Positions 27,338 to 37,606 of a stretch of 53,519 nt of DNA are shown piece by piece; position 1 is the first letter of the stretch, and each line of letters opens with the position of its first letter. Origin of the DNA: Acidobacteriota bacterium. GTDB taxonomy: Bacteria > Acidobacteriota > Vicinamibacteria > Vicinamibacterales > JACQTH01. The stretch lies in contig JACOUA010000042.1 of the NCBI GenBank assembly GCA_016178075.1, positions 1 to 53,519 on the forward strand, written 5' to 3'. Both the position numbers and the translations under genes were made by a program. Under the pieces are notes generated by a model. It had not been told where the DNA came from. It did no database searches and saw only the letters and a list, made by a program, of their open reading frames with translations.

Positions 27338-28398
27338 CGCATGCTCAACCAACAGCCACTTACTCCGAGAAGGACTTTCTTTCACAAACCCGTCGTCTCA
27401 CATTCGAAGGCCGGCGCGCGGGAGAGGGATATTTTTCGCCCGACGGGACGAAGATCGCCTTTCAAAGCGAGCGCGAGCCCGGAAATCCCTTCTATCAGAT
27501 CTACGTGCTCGATCTGAGGTCCGGCGACACTCGCCGCATCTCGCCCGGAATCGGAAAGACCACGTGTGCGTTCTTTCACCCGAAAACCGGCGATATCCTG
27601 TTCGCTTCCACCCATCACGATCCCCGCTCGCTCGAGTTGCAGAAAGCGGAACTGGAAGCGCGGAAGTCCGGGAAAGAACGCCGCTACGGGTGGGATTACG
27701 ATCCGGAGATGGATCTGTACGTCGCCAACCAGACCACGAGCGCCCTGAAGCGTCTCACGAACGTGCGCGGCTACGACGCAGAGGGCAGCTACTCCCCCGA
27801 CGGTCAGTGGATCGTCTTCACCTCGACGCGCGACGCTTACAATCGCACCCTCACAGCCTCGGAACAGAAGCAGTTGGAGGTCGATCCGTCGTTCTTCGCC
27901 GAGATTTACATCATGCGCGCCGACGGCAGCGGCGCGCGGCGTCTGACGAACGTCAACGGCTACGACGGCGGGCCGTTCTTCTTTCCCGACGGCTCGCGCA
28001 TCGTCTGGCGTCGCTTCGACGAGGCGGGCCTCATCGCCGACGTCTGGACGATGAAGCCAGACGGCAGCGACCAGCGTCAGGTGACCGACTTCAAGTCGAT
28101 GAGCTGGGCGCCGTACCTTCATCCATCGGGCGAGTACTTGTTCTTTGCTTCCAACAAGTACGGCTTCGAGAACTTCGAGGTTTTCATCGTCGACACGAAG
28201 GGCACGAAGGAGCCGGTACGCGTCACCTTCACACTCGGGTTCGATGGCCTGCCGGTGCCGTCGCCCGACGGTAAGCAGCTCGCATGGACGTCGACACGCG
28301 ACGGCGGCCTGGGTCAGATGTACATCGGCCGCTGGAATCACGAGAAGGCGCTCGAAGCGGTGAAGGCAGCGCCGGTGCGGGCGCACGGCCAGAAATAG
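27259..28398 (+). CDS. TolB-like PD40-repeat beta-propeller protein
   Basis: RAGEGYFSPDG, GYDAEGSYSPDG, YDGGPFF, FDGLPVPSPDG; GTG start inferred. Confidence 0.85.
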   Translation: MHRLRVALLFLASLLATDHWPLATSHSHAQPTATYSEKDFLSQTRRLTFEGRRAGEGYFSPDGTKIAFQSEREPGNPFYQIYVLDLRSGDTRRISPGIGKTTCAFFHPKTGDILFASTHHDPRSLELQKAELEARKSGKERRYGWDYDPEMDLYVANQTTSALKRLTNVRGYDAEGSYSPDGQWIVFTSTRDAYNRTLTASEQKQLEVDPSFFAEIYIMRADGSGARRLTNVNGYDGGPFFFPDGSRIVWRRFDEAGLIADVWTMKPDGSDQRQVTDFKSMSWAPYLHPSGEYLFFASNKYGFENFEVFIVDTKGTKEPVRVTFTLGFDGLPVPSPDGKQLAWTSTRDGGLGQMYIGRWNHEKALEAVKAAPVRAHGQK

Positions 28399-28488
28399 TC
28401 GATAGTCTTTAGTCGATAGTCTTTAGTCGTTCGTCGTTCGTCGACTGATGACTTTCGACTAGAGACTATCGACTACCGACTATCGACT
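28396..28488. repeat. Heptamer inverted-repeat element (TAGTCGA / GACTAnn)
   Basis: tagtcga tagtctt tagtcga tagtctt tagtcgt ... gactaga gactatc gactacc gactatc; first unit supplies the TAG stop. Confidence 0.88.
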
Positions 28489-28504
28489 GGCACTGAGAAA
28501 CAAC

Positions 28505-30388
28505 ATGACGACCCACGGCATACGCCGTCCGCTCCTGACAGTCTCGGCCTTGTTGATCGCGGCTCTCACCCATGGCCCGCTGGTGCGGGTCTCGGCGCAA
28601 GCGCGCTCGCAGGGAGCCGCGCCCGACCTGGCGACCGTCTCGGCAACCCGCGCGCATGTCGAAGCGCTGGCGTCGGATCGATTCGACGGACGCGCGGCCG
28701 GGTCGGAGGGTGCGAAGCTGGCCGCGGACTATCTGGTCGATCAACTGCAGCGTCTCGGCGCCCGACCCTTGCCGGGACAACAGGACCTCCGCTTTGCGTT
28801 CCAGTTTACGGGCGGCGTCAAGGACGGCGGGTCGTCGGTGGCGCTCAAGGCCGCGGGCGGCGACGCCGAGCGCTGGACCGCCGCCGACACGGTTCAGGGA
28901 CTTTCCTTCTCCGATTCCGGCCAGGTGTCCGGTCAGGTGGTGTTTGCCGGGTATGGATTGGTCGTCCCGGAGAGCGGCTCCTTTTCGTACGACAGCTACG
29001 GCGCGATGAACGTCAAGGACAAGATCGTTGTCGTTCTCCGCTATTACCCCGAGGATGCCGACGAGCAGATCAAGACGGTGCTGGCACGCTACTCGGGCCT
29101 TCGGTACAAGGCGCTCGCGGCCCGCGAGCGCGGCGCCAGAGCTCTTGTCGTCATCACCGGTCCGCGCTCGCCGAACGCCGGGACAGTCGCGCCGATGACG
29201 TTCGACGCCGCGGTGGCCGGATCGGGAATCGTGGCGGCGAGCGTCGGAGGCGTCGTCGCCGACGCGCTCTTCAAGCAGGTGTCCGGCAAGTCACTCGACG
29301 CCGCGCAGCAAGCGCTGGATACGGGCAATCCGCACGTCGCGGGCTTTGAGATCCCCGGCGTCGAGCTGACGCTCGACGTCAAGGTGACCCGGGAGCGCCA
29401 GACCGACCACAACGTCGTCGCCTACCTTCCACCGCAGCAGGCGGGCAGCCCGTCGGTCGACAAGCCGTACGTCATGCTCGGCGCGCATTACGATCACCTC
29501 GGACACGGTGGACACGGCAGCTCGCTGGCTCGACGTGAGGAGATGGGATCGATCCATCACGGTGCCGACGACAACGCCTCGGGTGTCGCGGCAGTCCTGG
29601 CCGCTGGCGCCCAGCTCGCCGGCATGAAGCGCGATCGCGGGATCGTGCTGGCGTTCTGGTCGGGTGAGGAGCTCGGACTCCTGGGCTCCGCGGAGTTCAC
29701 CCGCGGGCCGCCGGTGCCGATCGATCAGATTGCCGCGTACGTCAACCTCGACATGGTCGGCCGGATGCGCGACAACAAGCTTGCGGTTCAGGCCGCCGGC
29801 ACCAGCTCGGCGTGGCCGCGCGTGATCGAGCAGACGAACGTGCCCATCGGCTTCGACATCCAGCTTCAGAACGATCCGAACCTGCCGACCGACACGTCGA
29901 GCTTCAACGCCGCGAGCATCCCGTGCCTGAGCTTGTTCACCGGCAGCCATCCCGACTATCACCGCCCCACTGATGTGGCGTCGGCGATCAACGTCGCCGA
30001 CCTCGATCGCGTCGCCAGGTTCACGGCGCTGCTGGCGCAGAAGGTCGCGAATCTCCCGCAGCCGCCCGACTTCATCAAGGTGCGGCGGACCACGGACGAA
30101 GGCGGCGGCGATCGGGCGGCGCTTCGCGTCTTCACCGGCACTATTCCCGACTACACCAGCGAGGTCCAGGGCCTGAAGCTCGGCGGGGTGATCGACGGCG
30201 GACCCGCGGCGAAGGCGGGCCTCAAGGAGGGCGACGTGATCGTCGAGTTCGCGGGCCGAAAGGTCGCGAACATCTATGACTACATGTACGCGCTCGAGGG
30301 CGTGAAGATCGGCGTCCCCGTCAAGGTCGTCTATCTGCGCGGCGGGAACCCTGCCGAGGTCACCCTCACGCCAGAGGCGCGGAAGTAG
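28505..30388 (+). CDS. M28 aminopeptidase with PA and PDZ domains
   Basis: GAHYDHLG, GADDNASG, GEELGL, NLDMVG, DYHRP; C-terminal PDZ. Confidence 0.9.
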   Translation: MTTHGIRRPLLTVSALLIAALTHGPLVRVSAQARSQGAAPDLATVSATRAHVEALASDRFDGRAAGSEGAKLAADYLVDQLQRLGARPLPGQQDLRFAFQFTGGVKDGGSSVALKAAGGDAERWTAADTVQGLSFSDSGQVSGQVVFAGYGLVVPESGSFSYDSYGAMNVKDKIVVVLRYYPEDADEQIKTVLARYSGLRYKALAARERGARALVVITGPRSPNAGTVAPMTFDAAVAGSGIVAASVGGVVADALFKQVSGKSLDAAQQALDTGNPHVAGFEIPGVELTLDVKVTRERQTDHNVVAYLPPQQAGSPSVDKPYVMLGAHYDHLGHGGHGSSLARREEMGSIHHGADDNASGVAAVLAAGAQLAGMKRDRGIVLAFWSGEELGLLGSAEFTRGPPVPIDQIAAYVNLDMVGRMRDNKLAVQAAGTSSAWPRVIEQTNVPIGFDIQLQNDPNLPTDTSSFNAASIPCLSLFTGSHPDYHRPTDVASAINVADLDRVARFTALLAQKVANLPQPPDFIKVRRTTDEGGGDRAALRVFTGTIPDYTSEVQGLKLGGVIDGGPAAKAGLKEGDVIVEFAGRKVANIYDYMYALEGVKIGVPVKVVYLRGGNPAEVTLTPEARK

Positions 30389-30411
30389 GCCGCCCCTTAT
30401 GGAGGACAGAC

Positions 30412-30843
30412 ATGAACGCTCGAGCGGCGCTGCAGTTTGTCCGGCGCCATGGAATCGTGCTCGAATCGGCACGCGGGCCGGCGCCGAGCTTTGCGGAGGC
30501 GGTCGCGGGGGAACGCATCCGTGGCAGTTGGTGGGGTCACCCGAAGAGCCACGAGATCTTCTGGCTGACGCGCGCGGTGCGCGACTCGCCCGACGTGCTC
30601 GTCTGCCGGGTCCTCGACGGCAAGGTCACCTACGTGCACCGGCGGTTGTGGCCCGCGCTCGTTCGGCTGGCGTCGGAGCTCGGACGAGATCGACTGGCGG
30701 CGATCCGGGAGATTCACACCGCGTCGGGCAAACACATCGTGAAGGTCAGCAAGTTTCCCGCCTGGGTGCCGCCCGAGGTGACTCGCGCCGCGAAAGGTCT
30801 GAGTGCGGCGGCCGCGCGCTCATCGCTTGGAGTCGATCATTAG
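30412..30843 (+). CDS. Conserved hypothetical protein (possibly winged-helix/AlkZ-related)
   Basis: GGAGG RBS; SWWGHP and GKVTYVHRRLWPAL motif-like segments. Confidence 0.6.
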   Translation: MNARAALQFVRRHGIVLESARGPAPSFAEAVAGERIRGSWWGHPKSHEIFWLTRAVRDSPDVLVCRVLDGKVTYVHRRLWPALVRLASELGRDRLAAIREIHTASGKHIVKVSKFPAWVPPEVTRAAKGLSAAAARSSLGVDH

Positions 30844-30872
30844 CGTCAGCCATGTGCCCGCATGGCGCCTAC

Positions 30873-30910
30873 CTGATAGCTGGGAGCTGAAAGCTGGTAG
30901 CGTAATAGCT
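30873..30910. repeat. One-armed heptamer array (CTGnnAG x4)
   Basis: ctgatag ctgggag ctgaaag ctggtag between convergent genes. Confidence 0.6.
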
Positions 30911-31769
30911 ACAGAAAGAGCCGCAGGCCTTGCACGAGCGAGACGATGATCGAGAGCAGCGTGAGGACGAGGCACGCGAGGCCGCCGATCAAGTGTTCGA
31001 GGCGCTCGGCTCGGAGCGGATCGAGGAATCGTGAGACGACGTAGCCGCCGAGAAACCCGCCCGCGTGGGCGTAGTTGTCGACCCCCTGCATGATGAGCCC
31101 GAAGAAGAAGAGCGTGACCGCATAGCCCATCGCCTCGGTGCGGATGGCGGAGCTGCCGCTGCGATGGCCGTAATAGACGAGCGCGCCCAGCAGACCGAAG
31201 ATCGGGGCTGAGGCGCCGATTGTGAACTGCGCGCCGCGTAAGAACGGGATCGGCAGCCCGCCGAACGCCATCCCCGCCACCGAGCTCATGGAAAACCCGA
31301 CGATGCTCGCGACCGTGTAGATGATGACCATCCGGCCCGGCCCGTAGATGTCGGCCGTGGCCGGCGCGAGCTGCCGCACCCAGAGCATATTGAAGAGGAT
31401 GTGCAGCAGTCCTCCATGGAGCCACCCGGCGCTCAGAACCGTCCACCAGCGACCGTACCCGAAGATCGGAATCGCGCCGCTGGCGCCGAACAGGAACAGG
31501 CTCTCGACGCTCGGCGAGAGAAACGAGAACAGCCCCTGCATGCGGATCCGTCCGCCCGAGGCCAGCAGCGTCAGCGCGTAGAGCGCCGAGCACGACCAGA
31601 TCACGATCGGGACGAACCCGAGATCCTGGCCGAGCCGGCGGAGCGCGGGCGCATAGCCCCACAGACCCGGGTTCAGGCGACCGCAGTTGAAGCAGCGATC
31701 GTCCCGCACGCCCACGAGCGATCCGCAGGATGAGCAGACGACCGATCCTGACGTCTGACGCTTGAACAT
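30909..31769 (-). CDS. Rhomboid intramembrane protease with N-terminal Zn ribbon
   Basis: CSSC..CFNC; HGGLLHILFN, GASA catalytic Ser, AHAGG. Confidence 0.9.
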   Translation of the reverse strand: MFKRQTSGSVVCSSCGSLVGVRDDRCFNCGRLNPGLWGYAPALRRLGQDLGFVPIVIWSCSALYALTLLASGGRIRMQGLFSFLSPSVESLFLFGASGAIPIFGYGRWWTVLSAGWLHGGLLHILFNMLWVRQLAPATADIYGPGRMVIIYTVASIVGFSMSSVAGMAFGGLPIPFLRGAQFTIGASAPIFGLLGALVYYGHRSGSSAIRTEAMGYAVTLFFFGLIMQGVDNYAHAGGFLGGYVVSRFLDPLRAERLEHLIGGLACLVLTLLSIIVSLVQGLRLFL

Positions 31770-31866
31770 GAGCTTTGAACTCGAGGAACTGTCAGCGTAC
31801 TCCGAGGGTTTCCAGCTGGAAAGCCGAAACGCATCGATGACGTACAATAGGAGCCAGGAGGGCTGA

Positions 31867-32088
31867 ATGCCGGTGTTCGAGTACGTGTGCAAGTCCTGCT
31901 CGCGGCAGTTCGAGCAGCTCGTTCGACATGGGGATCACCCCGCCTGCCCGGACTGCGGCGGCGAGGAATTGGAAAAGCTGTTTTCCGTCTTTGCGGCTGC
32001 CGTGGGGGGATCCCGATCCGGACCGGCGCCCGGCCCGTGCGGAACGTGCGGCGACCCCCGCGGTCCGGGCGCCTGCTCGATGAATTAG
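31867..32088 (+). CDS. FmdB-family zinc-ribbon protein
   Basis: MPVFEYVCKSC...FE...CPDCG. Confidence 0.88.
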   Translation: MPVFEYVCKSCSRQFEQLVRHGDHPACPDCGGEELEKLFSVFAAAVGGSRSGPAPGPCGTCGDPRGPGACSMN

Positions 32089-32090
32089 CG

Positions 32091-32173
32091 CAGTTTTCAG
32101 TTCTCAGTAGTCAGTTTTCAGTTCGGATCTCGCCCGCAAATAACTGAAAACTGATGACTGACAACTGAGAACT
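32091..32173. repeat. Heptamer inverted-repeat element (CAGTTYT / AACTGAn)
   Basis: cagtttt cagttct cagtagt cagtttt ... aactgaa aactgat gactgac aactgag. Confidence 0.88.
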
Positions 32174-32175
32174 AC

Positions 32176-32203
32176 GCTACAGCGAAGTGAAAAACGCTGT
32201 AGC
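32176..32203. terminator. Hairpin between convergent FmdB-family gene and queG
   Basis: GCTACAGCG / CGCTGTAGC perfect 9-bp stem. Confidence 0.45.
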
Positions 32204-32210
32204 CTGACGC

Positions 32211-33263
32211 TTAGGTTTTAGAAAGCTTGCTCCGCGCCCACTCGACATGCTCGGCGACGAGGGGGGCGCGCGCCGAGGGCCGCTCGGAATCGGATTCGTC
32301 AAGCGCACCCCTCGCGCCAGTCTCGCGCGAGTTCCCTAGCGCGACCGCCACGTTCCTGCGAAGCCCCTCGAGCCCCGCCCGTGACATCGCGCTCTTCTGC
32401 AGCAGGCCACCGAGCTCCGCATCGGATCGGCGCCACAACGCGATCAGGCGCGGACGATCGAACGCTGGCCGAGGCAGCCACGCCGGATCCAGGCTCAGTG
32501 GCGCGTGGTGGTTCCACGGACACACATCCTGGCAAATATCGCACCCATACACGTGCGCACCTACTGCATCCCGCCACGGTTCAGGAATCGAGCCCCTCAG
32601 CTCGATGGTCAGATATGACAGGCACCGGGTCGCGTCGAGCTTCCACGGCTCCACGATCGCGTGTGTCGGACACGCCTCGAGGCAGAGCGTGCAGGATCCA
32701 CACTGATCCAACGCTGCCTGGTCAGGCTCGAGGTCGAGACTGCAGATAATCTCGGACAGGAAGATCCACGACCCGAGGCCGGGGTTGATGACACACGTGT
32801 TCTTGCCGATCCAGCCGACGCCCGCATGCTGCGCGTACACGCGCTCTTGAACGGGGCCGGTGTCGACATACGCGCGCGCGTCGAACGGCCCGTCATGTTC
32901 CGCGCGCATCCAATCGAGAAGCGCATCGAGCCGCGCGCGCATCACCTCGTGATAGTCCTCGCCCCAGGCGTAGCGGGAGACGATCGCTTCACCAGGATCG
33001 GCGATCTCCGTCGAGTACGGCCGGTCGACGTTGTAGAGAGACGCGGCGACAATGACAGAACGGGCGGAAGGAAGAAGCCGGCGAACGTCCGCCCGACGCT
33101 CGGCCGTGCGGTGCATGTACTGCATCTCGCCCGCGTATCCAGCCCGGAGCCACTCGCGGAGATAGGTAAGCTCGGGGTAGGTTTCGGCGCGAGCAATTCC
33201 ACAGACGTCGAACCCGGTCTCGAGCGCCTTTTGCCTAATCACTGCTGAGGTCAGGCGAGACAT
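32211..33263 (-). CDS. queG: tRNA epoxyqueuosine(34) reductase
   Basis: SRYAWGEDYH, VDTGPVQER, GWIGKN, CGSCTLCLEACPT, CLSYLTIE, YGCDICQDVCPWN. Confidence 0.96.
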   Translation of the reverse strand: MSRLTSAVIRQKALETGFDVCGIARAETYPELTYLREWLRAGYAGEMQYMHRTAERRADVRRLLPSARSVIVAASLYNVDRPYSTEIADPGEAIVSRYAWGEDYHEVMRARLDALLDWMRAEHDGPFDARAYVDTGPVQERVYAQHAGVGWIGKNTCVINPGLGSWIFLSEIICSLDLEPDQAALDQCGSCTLCLEACPTHAIVEPWKLDATRCLSYLTIELRGSIPEPWRDAVGAHVYGCDICQDVCPWNHHAPLSLDPAWLPRPAFDRPRLIALWRRSDAELGGLLQKSAMSRAGLEGLRRNVAVALGNSRETGARGALDESDSERPSARAPLVAEHVEWARSKLSKT

Positions 33264-33313
33264 CGCTCACCATTGAGTATGGCCTGTGGAGGTGCGCGTC
33301 AGCCGGCCAGCCC

Positions 33314-34693
33314 TCACAGCAGTCGATTCAAGAGCTGCCTCAAATACCGGAGCCGGTAGTCGCCATACTCCACGTTGTGGTACGCGAGGTCGAGTTCCTC
33401 GGGCGTGAGATCGGGACGGCTCTTCATCGGTTCGAACTGGCCGCCCTCGTGCCACTCGTTGAACGAGTTCACGTAGACGAGGAAGAACTCCCGGTGGAAG
33501 TTCGCCGCGTCAGTATCGAGCTGCAACTGCACGGTCCTGGTCAGCGACTCGAGCATCCGCTGCTCGCCGGCCATGCGCGCGCGCGCGCGTTCTTCGGAGG
33601 TGCCCCACGTGATCGGTCCGACGTCCGGTTCGAATCGAGCCGGGCTGTAGCACGGGTCGTCCACGAGTTCTCGCGGCAATACCGGATCGGCGCCGGCATT
33701 GAGATTGAACGAGAACAGCAGGTTCGCGGGCGCGCACCAACGCGCGATGGTCGGCCACATGGCCGGCGCCACGTAGTTGTCGTAGACGGCGACACCATCG
33801 AAGCCGGCTGACACCGTGCGCGCGACGTCGAGCGAGTCCGCGAGCAGGACGATGCGGTCGAACGCCCCTCTCAGCTCACCGCGCAGCCGGTCGGTCTGCC
33901 ATCTCCAGAAGTCGTCGGGCGTGTAGTCGGGGACGGGGTGGGTCACGCCAAGACAGTCGGTGACGGTGCTGGGCACAATCGTCCGGAACGATTTGAACAC
34001 GGGCCCGACGGCGCCGCTCGCATCCGGCAGGAGGAGGAACGCGTCCCATCCGCGACGGTCGCCGTACTCGCGCAGGAGATACAGGACGTCATCTACGAAA
34101 TTGAGCGCGCGGTCGTCGCGATACGGTTCCAGATGGAACGTCACACGAATGTCGTGCGCACGCATGACGTCCATGAGGAGTGGCACCGCGCGGTCGCAGA
34201 AGCTGTCGCGGCCCCACCAACTGACATTGATGGCGCCGACGCCGGAGTCCGCAATCCACCGCGCATGCTGTTCGACCACGCGGCGCGATCGAGAGTCATA
34301 CGCGCCCAAGAGCGGCATCGATGGAGCGGCCAGATCCGTCGGCGGCCGCCGGCCCATCTCATCCCAGTGGCGATAGGGATCCGTCGCGTACCAGGGGTAG
34401 TACTCGAAGACGAACCGACGCCGGAGGTCGGGATATCGCGCTTGCAGGATCTCCCGCGCGAGTTCCCAGTCGATGCTCGGTGTCGGCTCCAGCGCGAGAT
34501 CGGGCCGAACGCCGCGCAGCCACATGGACGCGGCCGACTCGCCGCGGCGTTCCAGAGGGGAATCGCGCCACGCGAGCGACGGACCACGTTGGCCCTTCGC
34601 GTCGATTCGCATGCGGCCGCCCGCCAGCGCGCCGGCGCAGCCCATGAGAAAGCCCCGACGAGTGAGGCCCGCCGAAGTGAGATGCACGTTCAT
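33314..34693 (-). CDS. Tat-exported glycoside hydrolase family 99-like protein
   Basis: TRRGFL Tat motif; YYPWY, LGAYDS, SWWG, FHLEPY, SFNEWHEG. Confidence 0.75.
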   Translation of the reverse strand: MNVHLTSAGLTRRGFLMGCAGALAGGRMRIDAKGQRGPSLAWRDSPLERRGESAASMWLRGVRPDLALEPTPSIDWELAREILQARYPDLRRRFVFEYYPWYATDPYRHWDEMGRRPPTDLAAPSMPLLGAYDSRSRRVVEQHARWIADSGVGAINVSWWGRDSFCDRAVPLLMDVMRAHDIRVTFHLEPYRDDRALNFVDDVLYLLREYGDRRGWDAFLLLPDASGAVGPVFKSFRTIVPSTVTDCLGVTHPVPDYTPDDFWRWQTDRLRGELRGAFDRIVLLADSLDVARTVSAGFDGVAVYDNYVAPAMWPTIARWCAPANLLFSFNLNAGADPVLPRELVDDPCYSPARFEPDVGPITWGTSEERARARMAGEQRMLESLTRTVQLQLDTDAANFHREFFLVYVNSFNEWHEGGQFEPMKSRPDLTPEELDLAYHNVEYGDYRLRYLRQLLNRLL

Positions 34694-34747
34694 TGAGAGG
34701 CCCGCAGATAATAGCCGGCCCGAAGTGACGAGGGCCGCGGAACGGGA

Positions 34748-37507
34748 TCAGCTCGACGTCGTGAGCTGGCGCAGCACGTACGGCAGGATACCGCCATGAC
34801 GATACGCCGCAAGTTCTTCCGGCGTGTCGATGCGCGCGACCGTCGTGATCTCGCGGGTGCTGCCATCGTCGCTCGTCACCCGCACGACAACGCGGGCACC
34901 AGGCGCCAGGGCGGCGGCAAGTCCCGGAAGATCGTAGCGCTCGCGGCCTGTCAGCTTGAGGCCCTCGGCGCCCTCGCCGTCGCGGAACTGCAGTGGCAGG
35001 ACCCCCATGTTCACGAGGTTGCTGCGATGGATCCGCTCGAAGCCCTCGGCAATCACCGCGCGGACGCCGAGGAGCCGCGTCCCCTTCGCCGCCCAGTCGC
35101 GTGACGATCCAGACCCATACTCCTTTCCGGCGATCACGAGAAGCGGGACGCCCTCGGCCTGATACTTGATCGCGGCGTCGTAGATCGTCGTCTGCTCGCC
35201 CTGCGGCAGGTGCACGGTCCACCCGCCTTCGACGCCCGGCACCATCTTGTTCTTCAACCGGATGCTGGCGAACGTCCCGCGCATCATCACTTCATGATTG
35301 CCACGGCGCGCCCCATACGAGTTGAACTCGCTCGGCGGAACGCCGTGCGCGACCAGATAACGGCCCGCGGGAGTATCCGCGGGAATCGATCCAGCCGGCG
35401 AGAGGTGGTCGGTCGTGACGCTGTCGCCGAGCAGACACAGCGCCCGCGCTCCGACGATGTCGGCAATCGCCGCCGGCTCGCGCGTGAGATCCTCGAAGAA
35501 TGGCGGCTTGCGGATGTACGTCGAATCGCGATCCCATTCGTACAGGTGCCCCTTCGGGACCGACAGCGACTTCCACCGCTCGTCACCCTCGAACACCTCG
35601 CCGTACACCTTGGCAAACATCTCCGGTCGGACGGCCTTCAGCATCGTCTCTTGGATCTCGCGCTCGGATGGCCACAGATCGCGAAGATAGATGTCCTTTC
35701 CGCCCGTGCCCTGTCCCAGCGGCTCGGACGTCAGATCGATCGTCATGCGTCCGGCCAGCGCATACGCGACGACGAGCGGCGGCGACGTGAGATAGTTCGC
35801 GCGCACCTGCGACTGGATGCGCCCCTCGAAGTTGCGATTCCCGCTCAGCACCGAAGCGACGACGAGGTTGCGATCCTTGACGGCTCGCGAGACGTCATCC
35901 GGAAGCGGTCCGCTGTTGCCGATGCAGGTCGTACAGCCGTAGCCGACGAGACTGAACCCGAGTTGATTCAGGTATTCCTGAAGACCCGACTTTTCCAGAT
36001 ACTCGGTGACGACTTTCGAGCCGGGCGCGAGGCTGGTCTTGACCCATGGCCGGCTGCGCAGGCCGGCATCCACGGCCTTTTTTGCCAACACTCCCGCGCC
36101 GATCATCACGCTCGGATTCGAGGTGTTCGTGCAGCTCGTAATCGCGGCGACGACGACGAAGCCATGATCGATCTCGGCAGCCGCGGGAGGCGGTGATTCC
36201 AACACCGCGACGCCGCCGCGCGCGCCCGCAGGCTGAGTCTGACCTCCTTCACTTTCCAGCCGCTGAACGCCGCTCGTTGGAGCCGCCTTTTTCGATTCGG
36301 CAATCATCGCGGGCAGCGCCTGCTGAAAACGCGCCTTCGCCTGCTTCAGCGACACACGATCCTGCGGCCGTTTCGGCCCCGCCAGGCTCGGCTCAACCGT
36401 GGTCAGATCCAGCTCGATCGTCTGCGTGTACACCGCCTCAGGCGCGCCGCTGACCCTGAACAACCCTTGCGCGCGGGCGTACGTCTCGACGAGCTGGATC
36501 CGGCCTTTCTCGCGTCCCGTCAGTCGAAGGTAGTCGAGCGTCATCTCGTCAATCGGGAAGATCGCCACGGTCGCGCCGTACTCGGGACACATGTTGCCGA
36601 GCGTCGCACGGTCCGCGATCGTGAGCGAAGCCAACCCCTCGCCGAAGAACTCGACGAACTTGCCCACGACCCCGTGCTTCCGCAGGCGCTCCGTAATGGT
36701 GAGGACGAGGTCCGTCGCCGTGGCGCCTTCCGGCAGGTCGCCCGTCAGGCGGAAGCCGATCACATCGGGAATCAGCATCGAGATCGGCTGGCCCAGCATC
36801 GCGGCTTCCGCCTCGATGCCGCCGACGCCCCAGCCGACGACGCCCAGGCCATTGATCATCGTCGTATGCGAATCGGTCCCGACGAGCGTGTCGGGATAGG
36901 CGATCGCCACACCATCAACGACCTCGCGGAAGACGACGCGCGCGAGATACTCCAGATTCACCTGATGGACGATGCCCGTGTCGGGTGGCACGACCTTGAA
37001 GTTGTCGAAGGCGTCCTGCCCCCAGCGGAGAAACGTGTAGCGCTCCCGGTTGCGGCGGAACTCCAGCTCCGCGTTCAACTGGAACGCGTCGGGCCGCGCG
37101 AAGTAGTCGACCTGGACCGAGTGATCGATGACGAGCTCGACCGGCTGGAGCGGGTTCACGCGCGCCGGGTCGCCGCCGAGCCGCACCATGCCGTCGCGCA
37201 TCGCCGCGAGATCGACGACCGCCGGCACCCCGGTGAAATCCTGCAGGAGCACGCGCGCCGGCATGAAGGCGATTTCCTTCTGCGTCGGTGCCGCCGCGTT
37301 CCAGCCCGCGAGCGCCCGGAGGTCGTCGGCCGTGACGTGTCGGCCGTCTTCGCGCCGCAGCAGGTTCTCGAGCAGGATCTTGAGCGAATACGGCAGTCGC
37401 GCAGCGGTCGGGAATTCCGCCTCGAGGGCTTTCAGACTGAAGATGTCGACCGACTCGGTTCCAACCTTGATCGAAGTCTTCGTGTGGAGCGAATCGAGCG
37501 GTGGCAT
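34748..37507 (-). CDS. acnA: Aconitate hydratase AcnA
   Basis: [58 protein letters not shown]. Confidence 0.97.
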   Translation of the reverse strand: MPPLDSLHTKTSIKVGTESVDIFSLKALEAEFPTAARLPYSLKILLENLLRREDGRHVTADDLRALAGWNAAAPTQKEIAFMPARVLLQDFTGVPAVVDLAAMRDGMVRLGGDPARVNPLQPVELVIDHSVQVDYFARPDAFQLNAELEFRRNRERYTFLRWGQDAFDNFKVVPPDTGIVHQVNLEYLARVVFREVVDGVAIAYPDTLVGTDSHTTMINGLGVVGWGVGGIEAEAAMLGQPISMLIPDVIGFRLTGDLPEGATATDLVLTITERLRKHGVVGKFVEFFGEGLASLTIADRATLGNMCPEYGATVAIFPIDEMTLDYLRLTGREKGRIQLVETYARAQGLFRVSGAPEAVYTQTIELDLTTVEPSLAGPKRPQDRVSLKQAKARFQQALPAMIAESKKAAPTSGVQRLESEGGQTQPAGARGGVAVLESPPPAAAEIDHGFVVVAAITSCTNTSNPSVMIGAGVLAKKAVDAGLRSRPWVKTSLAPGSKVVTEYLEKSGLQEYLNQLGFSLVGYGCTTCIGNSGPLPDDVSRAVKDRNLVVASVLSGNRNFEGRIQSQVRANYLTSPPLVVAYALAGRMTIDLTSEPLGQGTGGKDIYLRDLWPSEREIQETMLKAVRPEMFAKVYGEVFEGDERWKSLSVPKGHLYEWDRDSTYIRKPPFFEDLTREPAAIADIVGARALCLLGDSVTTDHLSPAGSIPADTPAGRYLVAHGVPPSEFNSYGARRGNHEVMMRGTFASIRLKNKMVPGVEGGWTVHLPQGEQTTIYDAAIKYQAEGVPLLVIAGKEYGSGSSRDWAAKGTRLLGVRAVIAEGFERIHRSNLVNMGVLPLQFRDGEGAEGLKLTGRERYDLPGLAAALAPGARVVVRVTSDDGSTREITTVARIDTPEELAAYRHGGILPYVLRQLTTSS

Positions 37508-37522
37508 ATAAGCCCTTGACAG

Positions 37523-37596
37523 CAGTTCTCAGTTTTCAGCGGTCAGCTTTCAGTAAGAGCTTTTATTGAGAACTGATGACTGATAACTGAAAACTG
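37523..37596. repeat. Heptamer inverted-repeat element (CAGTTYT / AACTGAn), same subtype as 32091
   Basis: cagttct cagtttt cagcggt cagcttt ... aactgat gactgat aactgaa. Confidence 0.85.
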
Positions 37597-37606
37597 GCTC
37601 TACACA

